Positions 38,424 through 48,482 of a stretch of 64,000 bases of DNA are shown piece by piece. The DNA is taken from the NCBI GenBank assembly GCA_900319625.1, contig ONPD01000002.1, forward strand, positions 196,367-260,366. Reading direction: 5' to 3'. The DNA is from an uncultured Treponema sp. (GTDB lineage: Bacteria; Spirochaetota; Spirochaetia; Treponematales; Treponemataceae). Positions within the stretch are counted from its first letter, which is position 1; every line of letters starts with the position of its first letter. Under the pieces are notes generated by a model. It was not told the origin of the DNA, did no database searches, and worked only from the letters and a program-made list of their open reading frames with translations. Position numbers and translations under genes: made by a program.

Positions 38424-40914
38424 ACTTACCGAATACCATTTCTTTTAATGCCGCCAGATAGCGTCTGTTTACAAGTTGCACAAGGGCACGGGCAAACTTT
38501 GGCTTGAACTTGCAGGCGGTCAGCAGGATGATGCTTTCAATCGGATTTTCGGTCATACCGCAGACTGCGATTTTTACGGCAGGGTCGTTTTCGTTACGGC
38601 CCATTTTTTTATTATCTTCAATAATTCCGTTTACAATCTTATCAAGCTGCTTTTTGCAGACTTTGCTGATTGCCGCTCCTTCTGCAAGAGAATTGTAAAT
38701 TGTAAAGGTTCCTGGAACCGGGGCGCTGCCGTCCGGAAGAGGCTCTTTGTAAAGACTGGCAAAATCCTTGTGATTAAACATTTCGCCGTCGACGGCTTCA
38801 AAATATGAAGGAAGACGCTCTTTATCATTTGCCTTGTAGTCCACGCCTTTTACAGTGATTTTTTCGCTAAGTTTTACGTCAGAAAGAGATGCCGCAATCT
38901 GGATTTCGTAAGTTCCAGACGGAGCAAGGTATTTTCCACTTTCAACATCAAAGAGGCTGAAGGCTTTTGAGTCAAGTTCCAGTGTAACTTCTTTTGATTC
39001 CCCGGCTTCAAGGAAAACTTTTGTAAAGGCACGAAGCTCTTTATTTGCGCGAAGGTAATCGCATTCAGGATTTTTTACGTAAAGCTGAACGACTTCTGAG
39101 CCGGCAAGCTTTCCAGTGTTTTTCAGGGTGAAAGTTACTGTCAGCTTGTTTTTTGCATTGTCTGTGTCACCATAGCCGGAGCTGGCACCTACGTTTCCAA
39201 TTGCCTCGTTAGCATCAGAGGCATCAAAGTCAGATGCAGAAACTTTCAGTTTTGAATATTCAAAGCTTGTGTAGGAAAGACCGAAGCCAAAGTCAAAGCG
39301 AACCGGCACTTTGAAGGTATCGTAATAGCGGTAGCCTGTGAAAATACTTTCGCGGTATTCAATAGCGCTTTCTTCTTTGCCCCAGGTTGCGCGCGATGGT
39401 ATGTCCTTTTCTGAGAATGGGAAACTTTCAGAAAGTTTCCCGCTTGGATTTACTTCGCCGCTAATAAGTGCTGCACATGCTTCGCCACAAGCTTCTCCTG
39501 CCAGTGCCATATGAAGGATAGCGCTCAAATCATCATAGAAAGGAAGAGCAAAAGGAGAGCCGCCAAAAGTTACGGCAATAGCCTTTGTGTTTACGGTAAA
39601 AATCTTATTGATAACCTTAAGCTGTTCACCAGGTAAAGCCATGTCGTGGCGGTCAAAACCTTCGCCTTCTGTCCGGTTTGTAAGCCCACAGAAAAGCAGA
39701 AGGGGGATATTTTCATCAGCAGCTTTTTTTGCAAGAGCTACTGCTTTTTCTGCCAGAGCCTTGCGGTCAGCATCAGAAGTGCTTTCAACCTTATCATCAG
39801 CCGGATATGCAGGCTCGTATTCAATTTCAAAGCCCTTGTTCTTGAGACATTTGATTACATTAGGACCTGGAGTTGCGTTGATGTGGCTTGAACCGCCGCC
39901 CTGAATGCGCATTTCTTCGGCCATCTGTCCCAGAATGATGATTTTCTGAGGCTTGAGAGGCAGAACGCCGTCATTTTTAAGAAGAACAGCCGAGTTTTCT
40001 GCAATCTTTTTTGCGGTCAAATGAGCCTTATTGTAATCAGCCTTTATTTTCTGATTGTTTGCAAAGCGCAGAACGACTTCAATTACCTTTTCGCAGGCGC
40101 GGTCAATTTCTTCTTCCGTGATTTCGCCGCGTTTAAATGCCTTTTCGAGCTGGCCTGGCTGATAGCCGCCGGAATCCGGCATTGCAAGGTTGAGTCCGGC
40201 CTTAATACAGGTCGGGAAATCAACTGCGGCACCCCAGTCAGAAATCAAGGCGCCCTTAAAGCCCCATTCGTCGCGCAGAATGTCTTTGATGATTTTTTTA
40301 TTCTGGCAGGTGTATTTTCCGTTGATTTTGTTGTAAGAAGCCATAATTGTTGAAGGCTGGGCGTTTCTAACCGCAATTTCAAAAGGCCGAAGATAGATTT
40401 CGCGGAGGGCTCGCTCGTCAACAATAGAGTCTGAAGACTGGCGGCGGGTTTCCTGGTTATTGCATGCAAAATGCTTGATGGAAGTTCCCACGTTTTTCTT
40501 CTGCATTGCGTCTACGTATGCGGTTGCAAGAGAGCCGGCCAGCAGAGGGTCTTCAGAAAAATATTCAAAATTTCGTCCGCACATAGGAGAACGCTTGATG
40601 TTCATTCCGCAGCCAAGTACGATTCCCACTTCCTCCTGCAGGGCCTGGTCAGCAATTTCGCCGGCCATTTCTTTTATCAAATCAAGATCCCAGGAATTTG
40701 CAACGCAGCTTGCAGTCGGGAAGCAGGTTGAAGGAATAGAGTCGTTAATATCAACCTGACCTGCGCCCTGTTTTCTAAGTCCGTGAGGTCCGTCTGTCAT
40801 CATAATTTTTGGAAGTTTTCCGGCAGCGTCAAAAGTGTACCAGCCGCCAACGCCGTTCAAAAGTCTGATTTTCTCTTTAAGAGTAAGAGATTTTAAAATT
40901 TCATTTACAGTCAT
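38422..40914 (-). CDS. Beta-glucosidase, glycoside hydrolase family 3
   Basis: TDGPHGLR, GRNFEYFSEDP, KHFACN, SDW nucleophile, Fn3-like EVVQLY. Confidence 0.93.
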   Translation of the reverse strand: MTVNEILKSLTLKEKIRLLNGVGGWYTFDAAGKLPKIMMTDGPHGLRKQGAGQVDINDSIPSTCFPTASCVANSWDLDLIKEMAGEIADQALQEEVGIVLGCGMNIKRSPMCGRNFEYFSEDPLLAGSLATAYVDAMQKKNVGTSIKHFACNNQETRRQSSDSIVDERALREIYLRPFEIAVRNAQPSTIMASYNKINGKYTCQNKKIIKDILRDEWGFKGALISDWGAAVDFPTCIKAGLNLAMPDSGGYQPGQLEKAFKRGEITEEEIDRACEKVIEVVLRFANNQKIKADYNKAHLTAKKIAENSAVLLKNDGVLPLKPQKIIILGQMAEEMRIQGGGSSHINATPGPNVIKCLKNKGFEIEYEPAYPADDKVESTSDADRKALAEKAVALAKKAADENIPLLLFCGLTNRTEGEGFDRHDMALPGEQLKVINKIFTVNTKAIAVTFGGSPFALPFYDDLSAILHMALAGEACGEACAALISGEVNPSGKLSESFPFSEKDIPSRATWGKEESAIEYRESIFTGYRYYDTFKVPVRFDFGFGLSYTSFEYSKLKVSASDFDASDANEAIGNVGASSGYGDTDNAKNKLTVTFTLKNTGKLAGSEVVQLYVKNPECDYLRANKELRAFTKVFLEAGESKEVTLELDSKAFSLFDVESGKYLAPSGTYEIQIAASLSDVKLSEKITVKGVDYKANDKERLPSYFEAVDGEMFNHKDFASLYKEPLPDGSAPVPGTFTIYNSLAEGAAISKVCKKQLDKIVNGIIEDNKKMGRNENDPAVKIAVCGMTENPIESIILLTACKFKPKFARALVQLVNRRYLAALKEMVFGK

Positions 40915-41005
40915 ATAAAAAATTATAAACTATATAGAGGAAATTTGGAAAAAATAATTGTTGTAATTTTTTGAAGATTTTCCTCTCTGTGTTATAATAA
41001 AAAGG

Positions 41006-42058
41006 ATGAAAACGGCGGATCTTGAAATCATTCAGCAGAAAATAAATTACACTTTCGCGAATCCAAAACTTCTGGAGCAGGCATTTACGACTAAGTCTTT
41101 TGCCGCCCAGGAAGACTGTGCGGATTATGAACTTCTGGAATTTTTTGGTGATAAGATTCTGACTTTTGTTCTTGCAAAGGAGTATGCCTCTTATTTTTGC
41201 AAAATCAAGAAAAAGCAGCTGACTTCGGATGAAAATGAGTTTTCACTTACCCAGAGGACAAGCGAGCTTATAAAAAACGAAAATCTTGCCAGGCGGATTG
41301 AAGAAGCGGGCCTTAATGGTTATGTAAAAAAACTTGCGACTGAAAAGTTTCTTGGCAAGCGGGAAGGGGATTTATTCGAGGCGATTTTAGGCGCGGTTGC
41401 GGTGGATTCTGAATGGAACCTTGATGCTCTGCAAAAGGTTGTTGATGGACTTTTACATCCGACCGAAAATTTTGAAAAAGCTGAATATGAAAAAGAAAGC
41501 TTTGTCGGTCTTTTGAAAAATCTTTGTCACAGAACTGGAATTAAGATTACAAACTTTCAGATAAGCGTGGCTAAGGACCAGTCTTATGCTTCCAAACTGA
41601 CACTGGTCTTTGACGGAAACGAAAAGAAGTTCAGTCAGAAAGCAAAGACGGAAATCGGGGCTAAACTCAGCGTTGCCCGTGCCGCCTACCTCTTTATCAA
41701 AAAATTCTGGCTTTATCAGCCGGCAGAAGAATGGATAGAAAATCCTGTAAGTCAGCTGAATTCCCTTCGTATTGCAAAATGGATTTTGAGCGCAAAATAC
41801 GACTGCACCCAGCTTGTAAGTGAAAATGCCGCTTCGGAAGATAATTCACCTGCTAAGAAGACCGCCTGGTTCTGCACCTGCACGGTTGAGAGGCCGGAAG
41901 GAAAAACTATCGTCGTTGAAGTAGAAAAGCCTTCGCAGAAAAAGGCAAAGAACGCTGCTGCCCTCAAGGCTCTCTGCATCATCCTCAACCAGATTCGCGA
42001 AGAAGAAACCGGCCGAGGTAAAGGTTTACTGCGGCTGATTCTGGAAAAATATATTTAG
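41006..42058 (+). CDS. Ribonuclease III-family protein with two dsRBD-like domains
   Basis: ELLEFFGDKIL and DLFEAILGAV signatures; NPVSQL...KKAKNAAAL dsRBD. Confidence 0.8.
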   Translation: MKTADLEIIQQKINYTFANPKLLEQAFTTKSFAAQEDCADYELLEFFGDKILTFVLAKEYASYFCKIKKKQLTSDENEFSLTQRTSELIKNENLARRIEEAGLNGYVKKLATEKFLGKREGDLFEAILGAVAVDSEWNLDALQKVVDGLLHPTENFEKAEYEKESFVGLLKNLCHRTGIKITNFQISVAKDQSYASKLTLVFDGNEKKFSQKAKTEIGAKLSVARAAYLFIKKFWLYQPAEEWIENPVSQLNSLRIAKWILSAKYDCTQLVSENAASEDNSPAKKTAWFCTCTVERPEGKTIVVEVEKPSQKKAKNAAALKALCIILNQIREEETGRGKGLLRLILEKYI

Positions 42059-42060
42059 TC

Positions 42061-42840
42061 TTATTTTGCCTTGTCCTGTTTAATCAGAATGCGGAGGGCT
42101 TCTACCGCAGTTTTAATAGCAAGTTCAGTGTCGTGAGCCTGTTTGTTTTCAAGGCCTTTTTTTGCGCGTTCCTGGTTGGCAACTACTAAGAAGCAGGAGC
42201 CTACACGTACGCGGAGGAAGCTTCCTGCAACAAAGAGAGCGGCACTTTCCATTTCGCTTGCAAGACAGCCAAGACGCAGCCAGGCTTCCCATTTATTCTG
42301 AAGCTCGTAGCTTACAGGCATGATTTCCGGCTCGTGCTGGCCGAAGAAAGAATCTTTACACTGAACAACGCCGGCGTGATTACGAACTCCAAGATTTTTT
42401 GCGGCCTGAACAAGGGCATTTGTAACGTCCAGATTTGGAACTGCAGGGAATTCAATCGGGGCAAACTCGCGGCTGGTACCTTCCATACGGATTGCGCCGG
42501 TTGCGATTACGATGTCACCGCCCATTACATCTTCCTGCATACCGCCGCAGGTTCCAACGCGGATAAAGGTCTTAGCACCGCATTTAGCAAGCTCATCAAT
42601 TGCGATTGAAGCTGAAGGACCTCCGATTCCTGTTGAAGTTACGCTGACCTTTACTCCGTCCAGAGTTCCTGTATATGTAACGTATTCGCGGACATCTGCA
42701 ACAAGTTTTGCATTGTCAAAGTGTTCTGCAATTTTAGCACAGCGTTTCGGATCACCCGGCATAATTACATATTCACCGATGTCTGCCGGTCCAACTCCTG
42801 TGTGATACTGTTTTCCTGAACCTTCTGTATAATCTACCAT
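42061..42840 (-). CDS. udp: Uridine phosphorylase
   Basis: [25 protein letters not shown]; AGGAGG SD. Confidence 0.93.
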   Translation of the reverse strand: MVDYTEGSGKQYHTGVGPADIGEYVIMPGDPKRCAKIAEHFDNAKLVADVREYVTYTGTLDGVKVSVTSTGIGGPSASIAIDELAKCGAKTFIRVGTCGGMQEDVMGGDIVIATGAIRMEGTSREFAPIEFPAVPNLDVTNALVQAAKNLGVRNHAGVVQCKDSFFGQHEPEIMPVSYELQNKWEAWLRLGCLASEMESAALFVAGSFLRVRVGSCFLVVANQERAKKGLENKQAHDTELAIKTAVEALRILIKQDKAK

Positions 42841-42891
42841 ATTAATCCTCCTGTGTAAGGCGGCCGGTCAGAGCCGCCGGTGTTCTATAGC

Positions 42892-42933
42892 AAAGCGTTA
42901 AAAAAAATTGCGATGCAGCAATTTTTTAGCTTT
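42892..42933 (+). repeat. Bulged hairpin element (family B)
   Basis: AAAGC-GTTAAAAA-AAATTGC-GATGCA-GCAATTT-TTTA-GCTTT. Confidence 0.65.
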
Positions 42934-43012
42934 ACCTTATTAACTAATAGAAATATTTTAACACAAGAAAGGTGATTTTCATAGGAAGAAATTTTTACTA
43001 TAATATTGTGCT

Positions 43013-45217
43013 ATGAGTAACAATAACGAAAATAAGAAAGACCCTTTACTTTGCCACTGGGCAGATCAGATGGCTGACAAAATTATTCGTGAAAAGGGTG
43101 ATTTGGATTCTTACACCTGTGCGTCGGGAATTACACCGTCGGGAACAGTTCATTTGGGAAACTTCCGCGAAATTATTACTGTAGATTTAGTTGTTCGCGC
43201 GCTTCGTGACCGCGGTAAGAAAGTACGCTTTATTTATTCATGGGACGACTACGACGTATTCCGCAAGGTTCCAGCTAACATGCCGGATCCTGAAATTCTT
43301 GAAAAATACCTCCGCTATCCTATTACTATGGTTCCGGATACTACAAGCCGCAACGAAAACTATGCCCGCCACCACGAGGTTGATATTGAACAGCAGCTTC
43401 CACGCGTTGGTATTGCGCCGGAGTTTTTGTATCAGGCAAGCCGCTATCGTGCAAACCGCTATGCTGAAGGTATGAAGCTTGCAATGCAGAACCGCGACGT
43501 TATCAAGGCATGTTTGAACGAATACCGTGATGAAGCTCATAAAATGAAGGACAGTGATGTTTACTGGCCGGTTGCTATTTTCTGCGGTAAGTGTAACAAA
43601 GACACAACTGAAATTACAGATTACGACGGAGAATACGGCATTACTTACAAGTGCGAATGCGGTCACTGCGAAACTGCTGATATCCGCACATTTAAGGGTG
43701 CTAAGCTTGGCTGGCGTGTTGACTGGCCTATGAGATGGAACGAAGAAAAAGTAGTATTCGAGCCGGGTGGAAAGGATCATATTTCTCCGGGCGGAAGCTA
43801 CGATACAGCAAAACTTGTTTCTAAACGCATTTACGGCTGGGACGCTCCTGTTACTATGCGCTATGACTTTGTAAACCTTAAGGGTGTTCCTGGAAAAATG
43901 TCTTCTTCTAAGGGTAAGGTTATTGCTTTGCCTGATGCTCTGGACGTTTACCAGGCTGAAGTTTTGCGCTACCTCTTTGCGGGTACCCGCCCTAACACAG
44001 AATTTGCCATCAGCTTTGATATGGACGTTCTTAAAGTTTACGAAGACTACGACAAGACTGAACGTATTGTTTACGGTATTGATAAGGCAAAATCTGAAGA
44101 TCACTTTAATAAAGAAAAACGCATTTATATGCTTTCTCAGATTGACGGAAAGATTCCTGAAACAATGCCTTACCAGATTACAATCCGTATGCTTTCAACT
44201 TTGCTGCAGATTTATTCTGGCGATGCAGACAAGGTTATTGCTTCGCTTGGTGATGTAAAACCTGAGCAGGAAGAGCGCCTCCGCCGCCGTATTGCCTGCG
44301 CATGGTTCTGGATTCAGCATTCAGCTCCAGACTGCGCTCCTGAGTTCTGCTTTGCCCTCCGCAAGGAAGGAACTAAGGCTAAATTACCACAGGATATGGC
44401 TAAAGCAGTTGCAAAAGTTTTGAGCGACGTTGTTCCAAAGATTGATACATTCCAGATTGATAAAGACTGTCAGGAAGCAATTTATGCTGTTGCAACTGAG
44501 CTTGGTCTTGACGCAAAGGCTTTGTTTACAGCTTTGTACCAGGCTTTGATTGGCAAAGATCAGGGTCCTCGTCTTGGAAGCTTTATGAGAATTATCGGAA
44601 AGGATAAGCTTGAAAAACTTTTGGGCAGTGTTGAAGGTGTTTCTGAAGAAGAACTTAAAAAGGCTGCTTCAAACAAAAAGCTTACTCCTGCAGAAATTGA
44701 CAAATTGCCATTGGCAGAACGATTCAGCCGCCGTGTAATTCTTAAGGTAAGTAAGATTGAAAACGTAGAGCAGCATCCGGGCGGAAGCTTCCTTTACATT
44801 TTGACTTTGAACTGCGGCGAAGAAGAGCCTCGCCAGATTGTAAGTTCAATTGTTAAGTTCTATAAGCCGGAAGAGCTTTTGAACCGCAATATCGTTCTTG
44901 TTTACAACCTGAAACCGGCAAACTTCCGCGGTGTTCGCAGTAACGGTATGCTTCTTGCGGCAAGCGAAGGCGGTGCAGATGACCACGACACCTGCGAAGT
45001 TATTTTTGCTGATGATTTTGAAGTGGGAACAATTCTTGAACCGGAAGGATTTGATGTTCCAGCCGACGTTGCAGAAATGTGTTTTGTAAAACCAGAAAAG
45101 TTTGCTGAAATGTCTCTTTCTACTAAAGACGGTTTTGTAGAAATTGACGGAAAGAAACTTGGTGCCGCTGGTAAGTATATAACAGTGGAAAAATATAAAA
45201 ACGGTTCTATACACTAA
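43013..45217 (+). CDS. lysS: Class I lysyl-tRNA synthetase fused to a C-terminal tRNA-binding (Trbp111/EMAP-II-like) domain
   Basis: SGITPSGTVHLGN, WRVDWPMRW, EPGGKDH, KMSSSKG; C-terminal HP..LY, RQIVS, NLKP, SNGMLLA. Confidence 0.93.
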   Translation: MSNNNENKKDPLLCHWADQMADKIIREKGDLDSYTCASGITPSGTVHLGNFREIITVDLVVRALRDRGKKVRFIYSWDDYDVFRKVPANMPDPEILEKYLRYPITMVPDTTSRNENYARHHEVDIEQQLPRVGIAPEFLYQASRYRANRYAEGMKLAMQNRDVIKACLNEYRDEAHKMKDSDVYWPVAIFCGKCNKDTTEITDYDGEYGITYKCECGHCETADIRTFKGAKLGWRVDWPMRWNEEKVVFEPGGKDHISPGGSYDTAKLVSKRIYGWDAPVTMRYDFVNLKGVPGKMSSSKGKVIALPDALDVYQAEVLRYLFAGTRPNTEFAISFDMDVLKVYEDYDKTERIVYGIDKAKSEDHFNKEKRIYMLSQIDGKIPETMPYQITIRMLSTLLQIYSGDADKVIASLGDVKPEQEERLRRRIACAWFWIQHSAPDCAPEFCFALRKEGTKAKLPQDMAKAVAKVLSDVVPKIDTFQIDKDCQEAIYAVATELGLDAKALFTALYQALIGKDQGPRLGSFMRIIGKDKLEKLLGSVEGVSEEELKKAASNKKLTPAEIDKLPLAERFSRRVILKVSKIENVEQHPGGSFLYILTLNCGEEEPRQIVSSIVKFYKPEELLNRNIVLVYNLKPANFRGVRSNGMLLAASEGGADDHDTCEVIFADDFEVGTILEPEGFDVPADVAEMCFVKPEKFAEMSLSTKDGFVEIDGKKLGAAGKYITVEKYKNGSIH

Positions 45218-45221
45218 AAAC

Positions 45222-45310
45222 AAGATATCACACGGATTCGAAATGACTAACGTCATTTCAACTTTTAATATGATTTTACGTTAGTAAAATCGAATCCGTG
45301 TGACAATCTT
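45222..45310. repeat. REPIN-like inverted doublet of hairpin units (family D)
   Basis: TCACACGGATTCGA...TCGAATCCGTGTGA; each arm carries its own ACTAACGT-centred hairpin. Confidence 0.8.
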
Positions 45311-45344
45311 ATTATGCTCTGCATTTTTTTACAGTCAACCTTCC

Positions 45345-46160
45345 TTAATCTTTCCTTTCCAGGGCAATTACCCCTAAAATTACCAGATACGGCAGCGACA
45401 ATACTACTGACGTTGGGATGGCCGGCAGGTAGTTTTGTATGCTGGCGGCGAAGAAGTCGGCGGCGCAGAAAATTAAAACTGAAATTGTAATCCGCAGGGG
45501 ATTTTTCTTTCCTAAATAGACTGCGGCTAAGGCCATCCAGCCGCGGCCGCTGGAAATGCCCGGTACAAAAGACGAAACTCTCATAGATAAAAAGCAGCCG
45601 GCAATTGAGGCAAAGAAGGCTGCCGCTCCCCAGGCCTGAATGCGGCAGAATACGGGATTTACGCCTTTTGCAAGAAGAACTTCTGCGTCGCTGCCTGTGA
45701 TTCTTAAATAAAGTCCCCGCCTGGTTTTTAAGAGGAATATAAAGGCAGTTACAAGAATTACAGTGGTCAATAAAATCGTAATGATTTTTATCTGCGTAAT
45801 ATCAAAGGAAAATGCCGGACTTGTCAAAACTCCACGGTTGTTAAATTGTGTGACAGCAAAAAAGGAAGGCAGGGCTGTAAACAAAAGGTTGATAGCCGTT
45901 GCTGCGATAAAGGAATTTGCATGCAATCTTTCTATTATAACTGCGAAGATTAAAACCAGGCCGACAGACAAAAGAATTGTAAGAAGAAATCCCCAGAGGG
46001 CGAAGCCTGTCATCACACTGAAGCTGAACATAAAATAGGCCGCAAAACTGATAAGTCCTTCAAGGAAGATTGCAAGGATGCCGGCGTAATCACTGTATAG
46101 CGCTCCCATAGCGCACAGAAGAAGAGGACAGGAGAAGAAAATCATATTAAGAAGAGGCAT
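45345..46160 (-). CDS. ABC transporter permease (nucleoside/sugar type)
   Basis: Hydrophobic; IFLEG, GRGWMALAAV, SLPYL. Confidence 0.85.
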   Translation of the reverse strand: MPLLNMIFFSCPLLLCAMGALYSDYAGILAIFLEGLISFAAYFMFSFSVMTGFALWGFLLTILLSVGLVLIFAVIIERLHANSFIAATAINLLFTALPSFFAVTQFNNRGVLTSPAFSFDITQIKIITILLTTVILVTAFIFLLKTRRGLYLRITGSDAEVLLAKGVNPVFCRIQAWGAAAFFASIAGCFLSMRVSSFVPGISSGRGWMALAAVYLGKKNPLRITISVLIFCAADFFAASIQNYLPAIPTSVVLSLPYLVILGVIALERKD

Positions 46161-47058
46161 GGCTTCCTCCTTTTCTTATGCGTGAGAGATAGATTTTTGC
46201 AAAGGGAATTGAAACTGCAAACATTATCAGAGCCTGAATTATTGCGCCAAGGTCGTAGCCGACATTGTGGTGCAGGGTAAAGCTGTTTATTCCCACGGTA
46301 ACTGCAGCAAGAAAAAGGCTGGAAAAAATCATAAAAAGCGGATTTGAGCTCGAAAGCATTGCGGCTGAAAGTCCAGCCCAGCCGATTCCAAGGTAAAAGC
46401 CCTGGTGGCAGGTGTAATAGGTTCCTAGTACGGTAAAGGAGCCGCAAAGTCCATGAAGGCCGCCGCTGAGAATTGCGCTTGAAAAAGTAATTCTGTTTTC
46501 GCTGAAGCCTGAATAAAGGGCAAACTCCTGGCTGATTCCGTAAATGCAGGTTTTCTTTCCAAGGTCGCTTCTGAAAAGAAAGAGGGCTGAAAGCAGGCAG
46601 ATTATCAGGGCAGCAAAAAAACTGAGATTGAGCGGTGACGGTGCTAGTATTTTTGTAAAGCGGTAGGCTTTATCTATGAAGGGAGTTGCAAGCAGGTTTC
46701 CTGTGTTTCCGCGGAAGGGTCCTGAAATCAGTCCGTTGATAAGGGGGATTACAGCTGAAGAAATGATAAAGCTTGTAAGCAGAAAGTTTGCATTACGGAA
46801 TTTTCTTAAGAGTGCAGATAAGAAACAGAGGTTTGCAGAGGTAAGGCAGGCTGCAAGGATGGCAAGGGACACTGCCAGGCCCGCCGGGCTCCCTGCCATT
46901 TTTGCAAGAACTATTGCCGCAGCAAAGCCTCCTGCATAAATCTGGCCTTCGCCGCCAAGATTAAATTCTCCGCTTTTCATCGATATAGCGGCTCCGCAGC
47001 CTGCCACCATATAAAAGCTCGCTATGTTCAGCCAGTTTCCAAGATTATATGCTGTCAT
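46147..47058 (-). CDS. ABC transporter permease (nucleoside/sugar type)
   Basis: FNLGGEGQ motif; multiple TM helices. Confidence 0.85.
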   Translation of the reverse strand: MTAYNLGNWLNIASFYMVAGCGAAISMKSGEFNLGGEGQIYAGGFAAAIVLAKMAGSPAGLAVSLAILAACLTSANLCFLSALLRKFRNANFLLTSFIISSAVIPLINGLISGPFRGNTGNLLATPFIDKAYRFTKILAPSPLNLSFFAALIICLLSALFLFRSDLGKKTCIYGISQEFALYSGFSENRITFSSAILSGGLHGLCGSFTVLGTYYTCHQGFYLGIGWAGLSAAMLSSSNPLFMIFSSLFLAAVTVGINSFTLHHNVGYDLGAIIQALIMFAVSIPFAKIYLSRIRKGGSHASS

Positions 47059-48482
47059 AGGCTTTTCTCCAGAGTATAAATTGAATCACAGATTTCCCGG
47101 GAAAAATCAGATGAAGCAAGAACGATGACAATTTTTCCCTTGTCAGCAAAGTCCCTGATACTTTTAAAAACTTTTTCTGTGCGTTCGCTGTCTAAGCCCT
47201 GAACCGGTTCGCATAGAATCAAAATATCAGGATTTTTTGCTATTTCCCTTTCCAGAATCAGCCGCTGCAGCATTCCTCCGGAAAGATAGCCGGCTTTATC
47301 GTAAGGACTGATATTTACGTCTGCATTTTTTATGATGGAAAGGGCGCGAAATTTTTCGTCTTTGTCTTTTTGAACTTTAGCTCCAGCTGTTAAAAGCTGA
47401 AGAATAGTTAATTCCGGATTTGAGGCCCTGAAAGTTTTATTTGAAGGAATAATTCCAAAGGTAAAAGGTGATTTTTCAAGTTTTCGCCTTGTAAAATTCC
47501 CGTTTTTTATTGAAAAAGAAAAGTGACGGGGATTTTCCAGTGCAGAATCCGAAATTTCAAGCCTTCCGCTTTGTTTTTCACAGCCCATACCACAGATAAA
47601 ATCTTCCAGCGTCTCCCTGCCATCCTCGGTCTGCCCGTAAATAAGGGTAACTTCTCCGCCTGATGCAGAAAAAGAAAAATCGCGGATTGCAGGCTTTTCT
47701 TTTGGAAGGGAAGTTATATCAGAAAAAGTAAGCTTTAGAGGGCTTTCTTTTTTTGTAATACTGGCTGCCGTCTGGAGTTTTGTATGATTAAATTTCTTTT
47801 CAATTTCGGAAAAGTTATCATCTTTATTTTTTACTGTAAAACAGACCCTTCCGTCTTCAATAAAAAAGATTTCGTCACCGAACTGCTTTGCCTCATCAAG
47901 ATAGTGAGTGATGACAATTACGTTCATTCCATGGTCTGCAAAATCCCTGAGCTTTGAAAAAAGCATACGCCGCTGAGCGGGATTCAATAGGGCAGAAGGC
48001 TCATCAAGAATCAGGACTGAAGGCTTTTTCAAAAGAGCGCCGGAAAGAGAAATAAAAAATCTTTCGTCTCCTCCGCAGTTTTTGGTCAGCGTTTTTCCCG
48101 TTATGCCGCTTTTCCACTGGGAAAGAATTTTTTCAGCCTCTTCTTTGTCAAAGTCTTTTACGCCCAGCGACAGGTTTTCAATTACTGTAATTGAATCAGA
48201 AAGAATGGGGCGCTGGTGAACGCAGACAATGCCTTCTCTTATGGCGTCGGAAGGCTGGCGGATTTTAGCGTCCTTCCCGTTTATTAAGAAAGAGCCGGAG
48301 TTTGGCAGGAGGTCTCCGCAAAGGATTTTTATCAGACTTGATTTTCCGGCTCCGTTTTCGCCAAGAATCATATTAATCTTTCCGCTTTTAAAATCCGCAT
48401 CCAGCCCCTTCAAGATTGTTTTTTTAGGGTATTTTAAAAGCAGATTACGGACTCTGATATTTAAGGGGGAAATTGTCATCAC
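47055..48482 (-). CDS. ABC transporter ATP-binding protein (CUT2, tandem NBD)
   Basis: GENGAGKS, LILDEP; second domain LSGGMLQR. Confidence 0.85.
   Translation of the reverse strand: MMTISPLNIRVRNLLLKYPKKTILKGLDADFKSGKINMILGENGAGKSSLIKILCGDLLPNSGSFLINGKDAKIRQPSDAIREGIVCVHQRPILSDSITVIENLSLGVKDFDKEEAEKILSQWKSGITGKTLTKNCGGDERFFISLSGALLKKPSVLILDEPSALLNPAQRRMLFSKLRDFADHGMNVIVITHYLDEAKQFGDEIFFIEDGRVCFTVKNKDDNFSEIEKKFNHTKLQTAASITKKESPLKLTFSDITSLPKEKPAIRDFSFSASGGEVTLIYGQTEDGRETLEDFICGMGCEKQSGRLEISDSALENPRHFSFSIKNGNFTRRKLEKSPFTFGIIPSNKTFRASNPELTILQLLTAGAKVQKDKDEKFRALSIIKNADVNISPYDKAGYLSGGMLQRLILEREIAKNPDILILCEPVQGLDSERTEKVFKSIRDFADKGKIVIVLASSDFSREICDSIYTLEKSL

Noticed and set aside
43238-44104. 288-aa minus-strand ORF
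   Set aside because: Antisense shadow of lysS
47055-48482. Degenerate Walker A and signature motifs suggesting a pseudogene
   Set aside because: Asymmetric degeneracy is normal for CUT2 tandem ATPases; frame is intact
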